The notes under the pieces: model-generated | Database searches by the model: none | What the model was told of the DNA's origin: nothing | The model's input: the letters and a program-made list of their open reading frames with translations, nothing else | Program-made: the position numbers and the translations under genes | Shown here: positions 9,451-22,451 of the stretch, one piece after another | Layout of the letters: the number at the start of each line of letters is the position of its first letter | How positions within the stretch are numbered: position 1 is the first letter of the stretch | Origin: Tubulanus polymorphus | Taxonomy: Eukaryota; Animalia; Nemertea | NCBI RefSeq assembly: GCF_964204645.1 | Contig: NC_134027.1 | Span: 15,966,485 to 16,030,484, forward strand | Reading direction: 5' to 3' | Length of the DNA stretch: 64,000 nt

Positions 9451-12251
9451 TTAGCAAAAAGTTTAGTTGATAATGATTTTGTTATAACTCGATATTATTG
9501 TCCAAATGAACAAGATTTTAAATTATTGAGATATAAAGGTGCAATTCCTTATTCAATTTATAAAACACACAATGATTTTAATGTAACAGAATTATTAAAA
9601 GATCAATTTTATGATCAATTAAAAGAGGAGTATGTGAAAGACGAAGTGTTTAATAGAACATTAAATATTTGGAACCATTTTAAGATGAAAAATCATGGTG
9701 AATTAGTTGATTTATATTTAAAATCAGATGTTATGATATTGGCTGACATATTTGAAAAATTTAGAGAAGTTAATTTGAATCATTTTAATGTTGATCCTTG
9801 TTATTGCTACTCTAGTCCTGGTTTAACCTGGCAATGTGGTTTAAAATATACAAATGTAGAATTAGATTTATTAAAAGAACCAGACATGGTTTTATTATTT
9901 GAAAAATCAATTAGAGGTGGAATTAGTGGTGTTATGGGAGATAGATATTTTGAGGCAAATGATGAATATAAATTATTATATATTGACGCCAATAATTTAT
10001 ATGGTTGGGCAATGATGCAACCTCAACCATATAAAATTTTTATATTAACAGAAGTTGAAAATGATGATAAAACTGATTGGGAAAGCGCAATTGCGAGTTT
10101 AAAAGATGAAGCACCAATTGGTTATTTCTTTGTAGTTGATTTAGAATATCCTGAAAATATAAAGTTTAAAACAAGAAACTTACCTTATTGCCCAGAACAT
10201 TTAACTGTAGATGATAGTTATTTAAGTGAATACCAGAAGAAAATAAAACCGAAAGATCATGTTTTTACAGAAAAATTAATACTTCCTCAAAATAATAAAT
10301 ACAATTATATCGTTCATTATAGAATGTTAAAATTTTATCTTAAACAAGGAATGAAATTAAAGAAAGTACATAGATATATTGAATTTAATCAATCGATGTG
10401 GTTAGAAAAATATATAGATTTCAATACTCAACAGAGAACCATATCAAAAACAAGTTTTGAAAAAGATTTCCTCAAATTAATGAATAATAGTTTTTATGGT
10501 AAAACATGTGAAAATATTAGAAATAGAAATGATATTGAATTAGTAAATAATTCTGAACGATTAAGACATTTACAATCAAGTCCTAAACATTTAGGAAATA
10601 AAAGATTTGAAGATAATTTAACAGTTGTTAAATTAAAAAGAACGTCAATGAAATTTAATAAACCTATATTCATTGGTTCAACTGTTTTAGAAGTATCAAA
10701 ATTATTAATGTATGATATTTATTATAATGTTTTACAACCACTTTTTGGGGAAAAGCATATTGAAATATTATATTTTGATTCTGTAACAGCTGACACCCCA
10801 ATATTATTAAAATGTAATGATAAAATATTGATAAGAAGAATTTCAGAAATAATTCCAAAACAAAATGAATGTTATATTTCATATGGTGAAAAAGAATTAA
10901 TACAAATAAATGAATTAATGGATGTTTGGACAAGAAATGGATGGAAAAAATTAAAGAATATTATTCTTTGAAACATGAAACAAATAAGAAAATCTGTAGA
11001 GTTAGAACTAAATTAGGGTTTGTAGATGTTACAGAAGATCATAGTTTAATTAAACGAAATGGCTATGAAATAAAACCAACTGATATAAAAATTGGAGATG
11101 AATTATTACATAAAAGATTTTTCCAAAGAATGAATCATATGTCATTCGACGAAATTATTGATAATATTTATAATATAGAACCTGAAACATTAGAAGAAAA
11201 AGAATATTTTATCAAAGAATTTTTCATGGGTGATGGTTCAGCAGGTGTGTATAATTATGTTTGGGGTAATAAATATTGTTGGTATTTATGCAATCAAGAT
11301 TTGAAATTATTAGAAAGAATTAAGAAATTCAGTGAAGAAGTTTATTCTCATAAAACATTTAAAATCATAGATGTTATGAAATCATCAGCAGTTTATAGAA
11401 TACTTGTAAATAATCCTAAAGATTTTGCTATAAGATATAATGATGAATTCTATATTCATGCAATAGTGAAAAGTAATACTTCAACAAAAGAAAAGATAGT
11501 ACCAGATTATGTATTAAATGCAAAAAATAATTTAAGAAAGTGGTTCTTCATTGGATTCTATGCCGCAGATGGCACTAAAAAATTTATAAAGGAAAAAAAG
11601 ATAACCTTTGCACAAAAGGAAAAGTTGCTATATCAGGATTAAATATATTATGCAGTTCATTAGGATTTAATATGAATATAGAATTAATTAAATCTAAACC
11701 AAATTGTTTTAATTTAAGGCATGTAGAAGAAGAATTAACAGAAGAAGTTAAAGATTTATTTGAAATATATAACCCATCAGATTATGTTTATGATTTATCA
11801 ACTGAAGATGGTACATTTAACTGTGGATTTCCATTAATTGCAAAAAATACTGACAGTTACATACTAAAAATAAAGACAAATGACATAACAAAAGACTTAA
11901 AAACATTAAAACATCATTTTGATTTTAGCAATTATCCCAAATATCATGAACTATTTAGCAATGATAATAAAAAGATTCCTGGTAAATTTAAAGATGAATT
12001 AGGGGGTGATGAAATGATTGAATTTGTTGGGATAAGAAGTAAAATGTATAGTTATAGAACAAAAGATCATGAAGCTAAAAAGTTAAAAGGAATAACAAAA
12101 CATGTGGTTGATAAACATATAGAATTTCAAGATTATATAAAGTGTTTATATAACTCAATTGTAATGAAACATAAAATGAATTGTTTAAGATCAGAAAATC
12201 ACGAGATGTATATTAATGAAGTTGAATAAAACATTACCTTATGGCCATTAA
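9451..12251 (+). pseudogene. polB: Element A pPolB, 3' part (polymerase domain, intein-containing)
   Basis: Motifs LYLKSDV, SIRGGIS, YIDANNLYG, KLMNNSFYGK, YFD..TDS, GKFKDE, KMYSY, KLKGI. A deletion removes the DDKR region before TLPYGH. Confidence 0.95.
10780..11848 (+). mobile_element. Intein with LAGLIDADG homing endonuclease in pPolB motif C
   Basis: YFD|SVTADTPILL (block A), VDVTEDHSLI (B), FFMGDG (C), FFIGFYAADG (E), YVYDLSTEDGTF (F), LIAKN|TDS (G). Two frameshifts; ~355 aa when repaired. Absent from the outer pPolB. Confidence 0.95.
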
Positions 12252-13575
12252 AACATAAAATCAATATCATCATACTCGAAATCACTATTGGCTTCTTCAT
12301 TTTCATTTAATTGTTCTTGTATAATTTGTTTAGGTTCTTCCATTTCATTTTTCTCATTTAAATAAAGTTCTATCTTGTACCACATTTCATATCGCTCTCT
12401 TTGTTTCTTTTTGTTTATTAATTCGTCAAATGGAATTATAATATCGATGTTTAAATAATTTACAATCTTATTTAAAAATAATTCATAACTAATTGAATCT
12501 GTTATTCTATTTTCCAAATGATACATTAATATTTGTTTGAATGTTTTTTTTATATTTTCCATATCTTCTTCTGTTAATTTAGGTTTTTCATAATAATCAT
12601 TAAATAATAAATATAAATACATTTTCTTTTGTTTTGTGTTAAATGTTGATGGAATAATTGTTTTTATAATATCTTTTTTAGTTATTTCACCATTTTTATT
12701 TTCTATTATTTTCATTTTTTCAAGCCATTGCTTATATTCTGGTGTATGATCTTCTAAGAAAATATTTTAAAAATTTCATCTAGATAATTTAATTTTGGTT
12801 CTATGAGAAAATCTCTCGTTTTTTCTTCACCCCATAAATTCTTTTGCCATCCACATTCATTACAAAATAACACAGTACCTTCTTGCCTTAAGGTCGCATA
12901 ATTACATTGTGGGCATTTTTGTTTATAATTTATTGGTAATAGATCTTCATTAAGCTCCTGGTATTTTCTTACGTTTTCTTTATGTTTTATTGTTCTATTA
13001 TGTAGATTTGAATTACTTGTTGTAATAATCAATTTACAATATTTACAATAATATGTTTTTCTTGTTAATTCATTATATTGTTTTTCTAACTTTTCAACTG
13101 TTTCTTCATTATCTGGTAACGTTTTCTGATATTTTATTTTTTCTAATAAACTATTTTTTCTTTAATTGAATTCAGTTTCAAATTTATTAGAAATTTTATC
13201 TATATGTATTTTACGAAATTGATGATTCTCCCAATCTTCTATATTTCCTGGACTAAATTTCATTCGACAAGGCTCGCAGATATGATCTTTTATATTATCC
13301 TTGTCATAGAATAAGAAAGGTCTTTTCCAAATAATTTCAGGTTCAACTTCAGCAGAATTACTATTACTTTCGTTACTATCAACATTAGCCGTTGCGCCAT
13401 TAATTTTACACTTCTCTGAATGTTTTTTAACATAATTTCTTGAGAATAATTTATTACATTTTGGGCAGTTTATTTTAGGGGGTTTATAATTTTCATCATG
13501 TTTTTTCATATGTCGAGCCATATTACGTTTTCTAAGAAGTTCACCACAAATTTCGCATGGTATCTTCTCATCCAT
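12248..13575 (-). CDS. Antisense Zn-finger ORF cluster (13162-13575, 12754-13032, 12248-12715), possibly one frameshifted gene
   Basis: CEIC..RH..KH, CPKC..KH..C, CEPC..H..IH, CPQC..CNEC in consecutive same-strand ORFs. Confidence 0.6.
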
Positions 13576-13644
13576 TAATTAAGGAAAAATTTTATTAAAA
13601 TTAATTTTTAGTGATGAGCGGTAATTTTTTTTATGTTATAAATA

Positions 13645-14387
13645 ATGTTAGAATTAAAAGAATACAGAATATTTGTTGAATCTAGAAGACTTACAAATTA
13701 TTGTGTTGATTTAAGATTAGTTAATATAAGTTTATGTAACTCGTTTTATAATGTATCAGATAAAACAAATGAACATAGAACCTTTTTTATTTATGATAAA
13801 ATTATACATGACTGGATTCATCTTATGCTTACACCAGGATTATATAATTTAGAAACATTAGAGCGAGAAATTTATAGAAAAGCTCGGATTATATTAGGTA
13901 GGGATTCTAAATTTAATATTAAATTCATAAAAAGTGAGAGCTCTAATAAAATTAAAATAAAGTTTGATGATGAAAATCTTATTGGTACTATTTTACCTTC
14001 ACGAAAACATGCTTACTTGGTAAAAAACCCTTTGCTAAACTGTTAGGAATTCCTCCAGATAAAATTATTGTCGGAAACACATACGGTATATCAAATTTAA
14101 TGCCTTTAACACACTTTTATATTTATTGCAATTTAATTGATCCTACAAAAACCTTTGAAGCAACTAAAGATAAAACTTGCAATTCTAGTATATTGAATAT
14201 TCTACCATTAAAAAATGTTAAACAATTTGGAACTCAAATAAATTATAATTTAACAGAATGTGATTTTAAACCTTGCATTCCATATTTCAATAATTTCAAA
14301 TTAGAAATAAGAAATCATAATGGTTATTTAATTGATTTAAATAACTTTCCTGTGATATATGAATTAGTTATAAGATGTAGAGAGTAA
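13645..14387 (+). pseudogene. Minor capsid protein (penton), frameshifted
   Basis: NSFYNV, PGLYNL, FYIYCNLID, LEIRNHNGYLIDLNNFPV. Intact homologue at 30885-31643. Confidence 0.8.
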
Positions 14388-14403
14388 TTTTTTCATTATA
14401 TAA

Positions 14404-14760
14404 ATGAATATAACTGTTGGACCGAGTATATGTTTTGGGTTTGATTTTAAACGTGAGAAAGAAATGAAATTTAACATTAATGATGTAATTACACATATTA
14501 AAAATATTGCATTTTCTAATGAAACAACATTTGAGTATGAAACAACAATAGATAAAGAAACTTTAAATGTAGAAAAGATTACTAATTCAATTAGAGAATC
14601 TTTAAGATTTTATGAATTAGATGAAGATTTTATCATCGATGATATTAAAAAAATAATAATTGAAATATATACAAATGAAACTAGTAATGAAATAAATGTT
14701 GATTTAATCATAAATAAGTTATCTAAATATTTTGAAGATGGTAATTTTTTTGATAAATAA
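14404..14760 (+). CDS. Polinton hypothetical protein
   Basis: TAAATG start; homologue at 31661-31999. Confidence 0.7.
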   Translation: MNITVGPSICFGFDFKREKEMKFNINDVITHIKNIAFSNETTFEYETTIDKETLNVEKITNSIRESLRFYELDEDFIIDDIKKIIIEIYTNETSNEINVDLIINKLSKYFEDGNFFDK

Positions 14761-14982
14761 ATGAGTGATAATAAGTGGATAATAACTGGATTATATAATG
14801 GAGCATTACTATCAGTTGGAACTGTTGGTTATTCAATGGTATTAAAAAAAGTATTCAAAATGGGAAGTGTTAATGTTGATAGATTTGATATAAATGATAT
14901 CTTAAAATTAACATTAGCAGTTACTTTATCTAATTTAACTACTGATTATTTGGAAAAACAAAAATATATTCCTCCCATATAA
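14761..14982 (+). CDS. Polinton small hydrophobic protein
   Basis: TAAATG start; nearly identical to 32000-32221. Confidence 0.75.
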   Translation: MSDNKWIITGLYNGALLSVGTVGYSMVLKKVFKMGSVNVDRFDINDILKLTLAVTLSNLTTDYLEKQKYIPPI

Positions 14983-15006
14983 ATACATAATTATTTTGCT
15001 AAATAA

Positions 15007-15458
15007 ATGGTTTCTGCAGTTATAACTATTATAGGATCGGCAATTGTTAACGCTTACGTATTTACTGGTTATGTATTTACTCGCTAAGCATTTACTGGTG
15101 GTGGTTATTTATTTAAACATATTGATAAAAATAGGTCATTAACAGAACAAAAAAGACATAACTTAGCATTAGAGAAATATAATAAAGCAGCAGAAGAATA
15201 TAGAGAAAAGAGGCAAACTATATGGATTATATTAACAAGGAATTATATGATCAGAAGATTTCACATAGAGATTTTCAATCAGTCGATGATGCAATGAGTT
15301 TATATAACGCGGTAACAAATAAAGAAAAACTACATCTACATAAACCTACAATATCAGATTATTATACCCCAAGTAAAGAACAACAGAAATATGAAAGAAT
15401 ATGGATTTTAGGTGGAACTGTTATTGTTATATTTGTAGCATATATATTTACTAATTAG
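15007..15458 (+). pseudogene. Polinton protein with N- and C-terminal hydrophobic segments
   Basis: MVSAVITIIGSAIVNA..EQKRHNLALE..WILGGTVIVIFV; disrupted; homologue at 32246-32668. Confidence 0.7.
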
Positions 15459-15477
15459 TAATTTTTTTTCTAAATAA

Positions 15478-15902
15478 ATGGATGATAATATTGATATTAT
15501 TCCTCATGATATAAATAAAACTAAATTAAAAACATATTTAGAAAAACAAATATTAGAATTTGAAAATGATTTAAAAGTTAAAAAGAAAAAATATTTAAAA
15601 TCTTAAATTATATATTATTTGATTATAAGCGGCTGGTTACAATTAGTTCTGTAATAACATTTCTAGCAATATTCAGTCCATTAACACCTTTAGCTATATC
15701 AATTGGTGTATTACGATTAAGTTCAAGTGTATTAACCGGCATAAGTTCAAAATTAAATATAAAAGGTAATAAAGAAAAAATTAAAACTAATATAAAAGAA
15801 ATTAATAAATTAAAGAATACACTAGATTATATAATGAGTTTAAATGGTCATATAACAGTTGAAGAACAAGATAAATTATTAAAAGAATTAATAAATTATT
15901 AA
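15478..15902 (+). pseudogene. Polinton two-TM coiled-coil protein
   Basis: Homologue of 32689-33030, with a stop and a frameshift. Confidence 0.7.
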
Positions 15903-15918
15903 TTTTTTAATTATATAA

Positions 15919-17242
15919 ATGGTAGATAGTTTTCCAAAAGCTTTCCAATATAATAAATCAATTAAATATAATATTCCAGCAATAGATTTTAATAAAGATA
16001 TTACATACAGAAATGAAGTTTTAAATTCATTAATTGATTTATATATTTATGTTACTGAAAGTAATAATTTTCATGTAAAGATGGAAAATATATTTCATGT
16101 GTATACAATTCATTTCAAAAATTTAAATGAGGCAAAACAATGGTTATTAAAATCTAATATGAAGTATTGGCAGAACCAATTAAATTTTGCTGTCTATTGC
16201 GCAACAACAGGATGTGGAATAAGTTGGAATGACCATTTAAACAAACCAAGTTTACCATTGATGTTATCACTTTTTAGATTTCATACTTATTTTCAAATAA
16301 AATTAATATTAGATGAATTAGAATGTCCTTTACCAGGTTCAAAATATTTTAAAGAATTGAATAATAATATTAATTTTTCTAAGTTTTATAAAATATGTAA
16401 TGAATTTAATATTAATTCAAATAAAGATTTTAGAGCAAAAATTGGAACAATGGGTGGATTAGGAATATTATATACTAAAGAATTTGGAAAAAATAATGAC
16501 GAATTCAGATATAAGAACACTAAATTGGAATGAATTACCAAAATATTATAATAATATACAACAACAAAACAATAATGGTTGGGTTAATTTCATTTTAGAA
16601 AATAGTGAAGGTTTTACTAAAGCTGGAATACAAAGAATAAATCAATCTATTAGAACTTATTTGATATGTATTTTAGGCACTCAAGTTGAAAAAAGATCAC
16701 CAATAGTTGGAAATTTTAATACATCATTTGATACACAGAAACAATTCAAAGTTTTATTTGAAGATTCAATTCATAATGACAAAAATAGATCGATTCCAGA
16801 AAACATTGTAAGATATCAAAATTATTTAGATAAATCACATATTAGATTAAATTATTGTATAGGTCCTAATCTATTAATTATTTCTAATGATTTAGTATTA
16901 AAGATGGGAAATAAAATTGGTTACAATAATCTAATTAAAACTGCAACAATAAATAATTCATTTGGATTAAATGATATAAATAAAAAGATTATTACTGCTC
17001 CAAAATTAATGGAAGGTGAAAAAAATAAGAAACATATTCAATCAACAGAAACTAAAACTAAGAATATTAAATTAAATAATGATTCTAAACCGGATTATAA
17101 TACATCAGAAAATATTAAAACTGATAATATTCAACATGAAATAATTAAACTAAATGATGATAATAAATTCCATGAAAATACTAAATTAGCTTTAACTTGT
17201 ATAGGAATTGTAATCGGGGGAATATTATATTTTAAGTTTTAA
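15919..17242 (+). pseudogene. Conserved Polinton protein (WQNQLNFAVYCATTGCGIS) with C-terminal TM
   Basis: Two overlapping ORFs joined by a frameshift near 16490; homologue at ~33090-33871. Confidence 0.7.
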
Positions 17243-17258
17243 TTTTTTTATTATATAA

Positions 17259-18719
17259 ATGGATGTAGAAGGTGGAGAAGATATTGGAATGGATAATTTT
17301 GATGAACCTGGCATAACTGATGAACAACAACCTGATTTTAGTGAAACAAGTTTTAATGACGGTAATGAGCCAGGACATAATAATAATTTAAATATACCTG
17401 ATTATATTAAAAACGCAGAATCACAATTAAATCCTGAACATTTAGACCCATATTTAGTAAAACAAGATTTAGATAATTTAAACAAATTACCTAAATTAGA
17501 ACATTTAATTGAAAATTCTAAACTTAATATAAATGATGAAGACGTTGGACCTTTAGCAGATCAATTAAAGTTTTTAGATAATGGTAAATGGTATTATCAT
17601 TTGAAAGGTGATTATTATAATGATATCACTTATAAAAATCAAAATATAATATTAGCAGAATCAACTTTGAGAAAATTAGATCCAGATAGAATTAAAAGAA
17701 TTAGTAAAAGTAATGTAATAACTGATGTTATAAAACAAGAATTAACTGATAATGATATAGACGTATTTAAACAAAGAATTAATGAATTATTTGAAATAAT
17801 CAAAAAGAAATCAGAAACAGAAACAACTTCTGAACAGAATATAACTTCCAAAACTAGTAAACTTAAATCAAATAAAGCTCCAATTGAAAAACTTTTACCG
17901 AATGGATTAATTGATGCAACAGATCAACAATTAGAAGATTTAAATATATTTTCTGATGAAGCAATTAGAGAAATTATTAGTATAAGAAATGAAGCTGATA
18001 AAATTGCGCATGATAAAAGTATAAGAGATTTTAAAATTAGAACTTTAGAAAAAGAAATAACTGATAAAAATAAAGAAATAGAACAATTAAAGACTGATTT
18101 AGATCATCAAGTAATTGATGAAATAGAATATAGGCAAAAAGAATTACGTTTAGAAAAAGAAATTGATTATTTAAAAGATAATTTAGAAGTACAAAAAGAA
18201 GAAATTAAATTATTATTAAAATCATATGATTATAATATTAATAGATTAAAAGTTATTTTTAAAGATTTGTTGATTAAACCAAATTCTGAAATATCATTAA
18301 AAGATAGAATAAAGTTATTATTTAAATTAGAGAAAATAACAATTCTTTCAATTCTAACAGCTCTAACTATGTTATTTACAACAATTGGTTTAGCAATATC
18401 AAATTCTTTGAAATCTACTCCTACTCCCAATAAACCGGATAAACCCCCGAATGATAATAATTCTATACAAGATAAAGTTAAAGATGGTTTAAAGAAATTA
18501 GCAAAATATTTATGGGAACTATCTAAAAAATATGCTGCAGCTTTACCAGGAATTATTGCATCAATTGTTGGTTTTATATTGAAATCTGCAGGAAACATTA
18601 TTAACTTTGCTGCTGAACATATTATTTTATTTTTAATTACAGTTGTAAGTGCTATTATTTTTGGGTTAGTGAATATGATATCAAAAAGATATCAAGAAAA
18701 AATAATAAAAAATAAATAA
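17259..18719 (+). CDS. 486-aa coiled-coil protein with C-terminal hydrophobic helices
   Basis: Intact ORF, TAAATG start, immediately upstream of the MCP. Confidence 0.8.
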   Translation: MDVEGGEDIGMDNFDEPGITDEQQPDFSETSFNDGNEPGHNNNLNIPDYIKNAESQLNPEHLDPYLVKQDLDNLNKLPKLEHLIENSKLNINDEDVGPLADQLKFLDNGKWYYHLKGDYYNDITYKNQNIILAESTLRKLDPDRIKRISKSNVITDVIKQELTDNDIDVFKQRINELFEIIKKKSETETTSEQNITSKTSKLKSNKAPIEKLLPNGLIDATDQQLEDLNIFSDEAIREIISIRNEADKIAHDKSIRDFKIRTLEKEITDKNKEIEQLKTDLDHQVIDEIEYRQKELRLEKEIDYLKDNLEVQKEEIKLLLKSYDYNINRLKVIFKDLLIKPNSEISLKDRIKLLFKLEKITILSILTALTMLFTTIGLAISNSLKSTPTPNKPDKPPNDNNSIQDKVKDGLKKLAKYLWELSKKYAAALPGIIASIVGFILKSAGNIINFAAEHIILFLITVVSAIIFGLVNMISKRYQEKIIKNK

Positions 18720-18739
18720 TTAATTTTTTTGTTAAATAA

Positions 18740-21299
18740 ATGAGTGGGAGTTATATAAGTCCTTCTAAGATTTCTAGAATATCTAATGCTATTAAAGCAG
18801 AAAGATCACATCATATAATTACTCATAATCCTTCAAATATTAATCCCGATGAAACTTTATATGTTAGAATTCCTAGATTAACACAAAATACTTTTTATGT
18901 TCCAAATAGTATTTATTTATCAGCCGATATAAAAGTAACCGGTAATAATAATAATTATGTTGTCGATAATGTTGGAAGATATTTGATTAAAAAATTAACT
19001 ATAAAGACTGGTCCCGAAACAGTTTTCTCATCAGATGATTATAATTTATTTGTGCATTATAAAGATTTATGGTTAACTAAAGAAAATAGAAATAATATGA
19101 TATTTCAAGGTATCCAATCAGAAAACCAAAATAAATTAAGATCTGAAGCCAATAATGCAGTAGTAACTAATGACGTAGATAATTTGATTAAAAAGATTTA
19201 TGGAAGCAAATATAAAATTCCATTAGATTTTGAATTGATAAATAATAATGCACCTTTATATAAATATGTAATTCAAGAAGATATTATATTTGAGATAACA
19301 TTTGCTCCTGTAAATGAAATTGTATTATCTAGCGTTGTTGCAAAAGGTAGAAAGTTTCTTTTGTCCAATGTCGTATAGCGCCGCCGCGGTCGAAAATCGA
19401 ACTAATCTGTCAAGTCGATAATTTTCTAAGTGAGAAGACGCCGCGTTCAGTTCGCAGTACACTGTACGTACAGTTTTTCGATACACTGCTGTTTCAACAA
19501 ATTTGTTTTGAAGTTGAAGTTCACAGCGCGCTATTCAGTTTTCAGAAGTAGAGGGCTAAAATAACATCATTCGTAAGATCTCAGATTGAATATTTTCATC
19601 AGATTCAGAGCTCAGTTCATTGTATAAAATGTGTTATTTCATGTATTAGACAGTTACTTCTATTACTCTGACAGGAGTTTTTATGTCATAATTTTTTTTT
19701 TTACCTCATGTGTAACTCAATAATAGCAGAGTTGATAGTTTAATTATCAATTATTAATTTATAAATAAATTAGTATTATTAATTTGATTAGTGGATTGAT
19801 TATTATTAAGAGGTATGACATTAAAAACATATATATAATGCAAAGATATGGATGTTATATATAATGCAAAGATATGGATGTTATAATGATAATGTATTTC
19901 TACTCGCATAGAAATGAGACTAAAGTTTTCCTGTTTGGATATTCTAAAAGCTTATAAGTCCTTTGCCAAGGATATGAATGGTTTGTGATGATATTATGTT
20001 TACTAAATTCATTTGTTGGTTGAACGATTTCAATTAATATCGCAATATTTAGCATTCGTGATATAATTAATATGATAAGAGATATGGCCATTTGTCTATT
20101 GTTCATGTTAGCAAAAGATTGCATTTGATATAGAAGGCTTTAAAATGTTTTGATGTATGGTTGAGATTTTCAAAATAAATGTTATGCTTACATGAGATAA
20201 TTGGAACTAGATGTTTTATTTCATTTTTATCAAGTATCGATGGATGAGAAGTCTTTCGACGATGTGCAGTTAGCCCATTAGAGTTTGCCTTAAAATACTT
20301 TACTCTCAGTCTAAACTGAATTTAATTCATACCGCCGTACAGTACCATAAAATTCACACTAAATCTTTAGCGTCATTGGAATAGGACGTCCCCTGTTTCA
20401 CATCCGGCAGGTGTGGTGCCGGTGGGTAAGTTTAATAAGGTACACCAAATCTATTAAAACGATCGCTATTTTAAAATCAAAACATCCCGAAGAAATTGGG
20501 GATTCGAACCTATCGGTTATATACTGGTACTCGGCGTCTTTCCGCTTAACAAAACATCGTCAATAACATTAGTTCTTATTATTGCTAAGAAGCGGCGCTA
20601 CTGGTACTGTCGATCGGACATTAGAAACTTTCTACCTTTTGCAGCGTTGTTAAAGATATGGGTTATAAATTATCGAATATATGTTTAGAATATAAGACAG
20701 TAACTAATGAAAATATTGCTAACACAATTCAAACTCAATACAATCAAGGATTTTCATTATTATATGATTATATTGATAAATCTAAAACTGTAACTATTAA
20801 TGCAAATGATGAAATAATCAATGATAATATTAACTTCCCAAGAAGATCTATTAAAGGTATATTAATATTTTTTACCATTGCAACATATTCTAATGGCGCA
20901 ATAAAGGTAGATAATTATTATAATCCTGAAATAACAAAAGTAGAAATAACTATCGAAGGAATAGCAAATAAAATATTTTGTCAAGGAATGAGAATGATAG
21001 ATCAATGGCCAGAAATTAGAAAACATTTTATGAATGAAAAAGTAAAATCATTTGAAAATTGTAATATTAATCAAATTGATTATTATGCCGGTAATAAATA
21101 TGCATTATGGTTAGATTTTAGAACAACAGAGGATAATTCATTACATGGTTCTGGGAAAAAACTACAGAACAATAAAGATGGAATACAATTATTCATGAAA
21201 ATGAAAAAAGGAAGCTTAAATTTTAAAATGCACATTTATATTATATCTGACGCACAATTAAATATTGTAAATTCACAATTAGATAGTATTCAATATTAG
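18740..21299 (+). pseudogene. Major capsid protein, interrupted by a 1.3-kb transposon
   Basis: 18740-19339 joins 20652-21299 in frame (IVLSSVV|KDMGYKLSNICLEY), ~415 aa. Motifs NPSNINP..LYVRIP, PRRSIKGILIFF, YALWLDFR. Size and position fit a Polinton MCP. Confidence 0.8.
19340..20642. mobile_element. Non-autonomous TIR transposon, 9-bp TSD (Mutator-like), copy 1
   Basis: 20-bp TIR GCAAAAGGTAGAAAGTTTCT; TSD AGCGTTGTT; inverted second copy at 39660-40958. Confidence 0.92.
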
Positions 21300-21329
21300 A
21301 AATATAAAGTTAAAATTAAGGATATATAA

Positions 21330-22451
21330 ATGGGTGGTAAAAAAACTCCTAATACTAAAGAACAATATTTAAGAAATTTATATTACAACCCTGAGAGTTC
21401 GGTTGCTTATTCTTCTAACAAAAATATATGGCGTCAAGTAAAACAAGATAAATTAGATAAGATAATCCCGCAAAATTTAGTTAAATATAAAGATATAAAT
21501 GAATTTATGTTAGAACAACCAACATACACAACACATAAAAAAATTGTTAGAAAATATAAAACTCGTAAAACTATGGTAAGTTATGTAGATCAACAGTGGC
21601 AAGGAGATTTAATTGATATGAAAAATGTTAAGAAGGATAATGATGATTATTGGTGGATATTGAATATAATTGATATTTTTAGTCGTTATGTATGGAGCTT
21701 CCCACTTTATAGAAAAGATGCTGTACAAACATCAAATGTTTTAAGAAAATTTCTTTCGGATGATAAACTAAAACCAGAAAAAATACAATTTGATGATGGA
21801 AAAGAATTTGATAATTCACTTGTTCGTGAACTCTTAGACGATCATAATATCAAATATTTTTCAACAAAATCGGATAAAAAAGCAGCAGTTGTTGAACGAT
21901 TTAATAGAACATTAAGAACAAGAATGTGGAAATATTTTACAGCAAATAATACTTTTAAATGGATTGATGTTTTACCAAAATTGATAGAAGGATATAATAA
22001 TTCTTATCATTCTTCTATTGGAATGAAACCTATTGATGCTAGAAAACCTGAAAATGCTGCAATTGTTTGGAATAATTTATATGGAGCATTTCTTGTAGAT
22101 GATTTTGGTGAACCTAGATTTAAAGTTGGTCAAAATGTTAGAATTTCTAAGTAAAAAAAGATATTTGACAAAGGATACGATCGAAATTTTACTAGGGAAA
22201 TATATAGAATAAAAAAGGTAATAACAACAAAACCATATGTCTATAAATTAGAAGATTTAGATGGTGAAGATGGCTACTTTTACGAAGAAGAATTAAGTTT
22301 AACTACTGAAAATCTAGAACAAGAATATAAAATTGCAAAAGTATTAAAAACATAAACTAATAAAAGAAAAAAATATTCTTTAGTAAAATGGGTTGGATGG
22401 CCAGATAAATTCAATGAATGGATATTATCAAGTAAAATTAAAAATATATAA
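21330..22451 (+). pseudogene. int: Retroviral-like (rve) integrase with chromodomain
   Basis: WQGDLIDM, IDIFSRY, FDDGKEF, VERFNRT; premature stop at 22152; downstream LVKWVGWPDKFNEWI. Confidence 0.93.
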
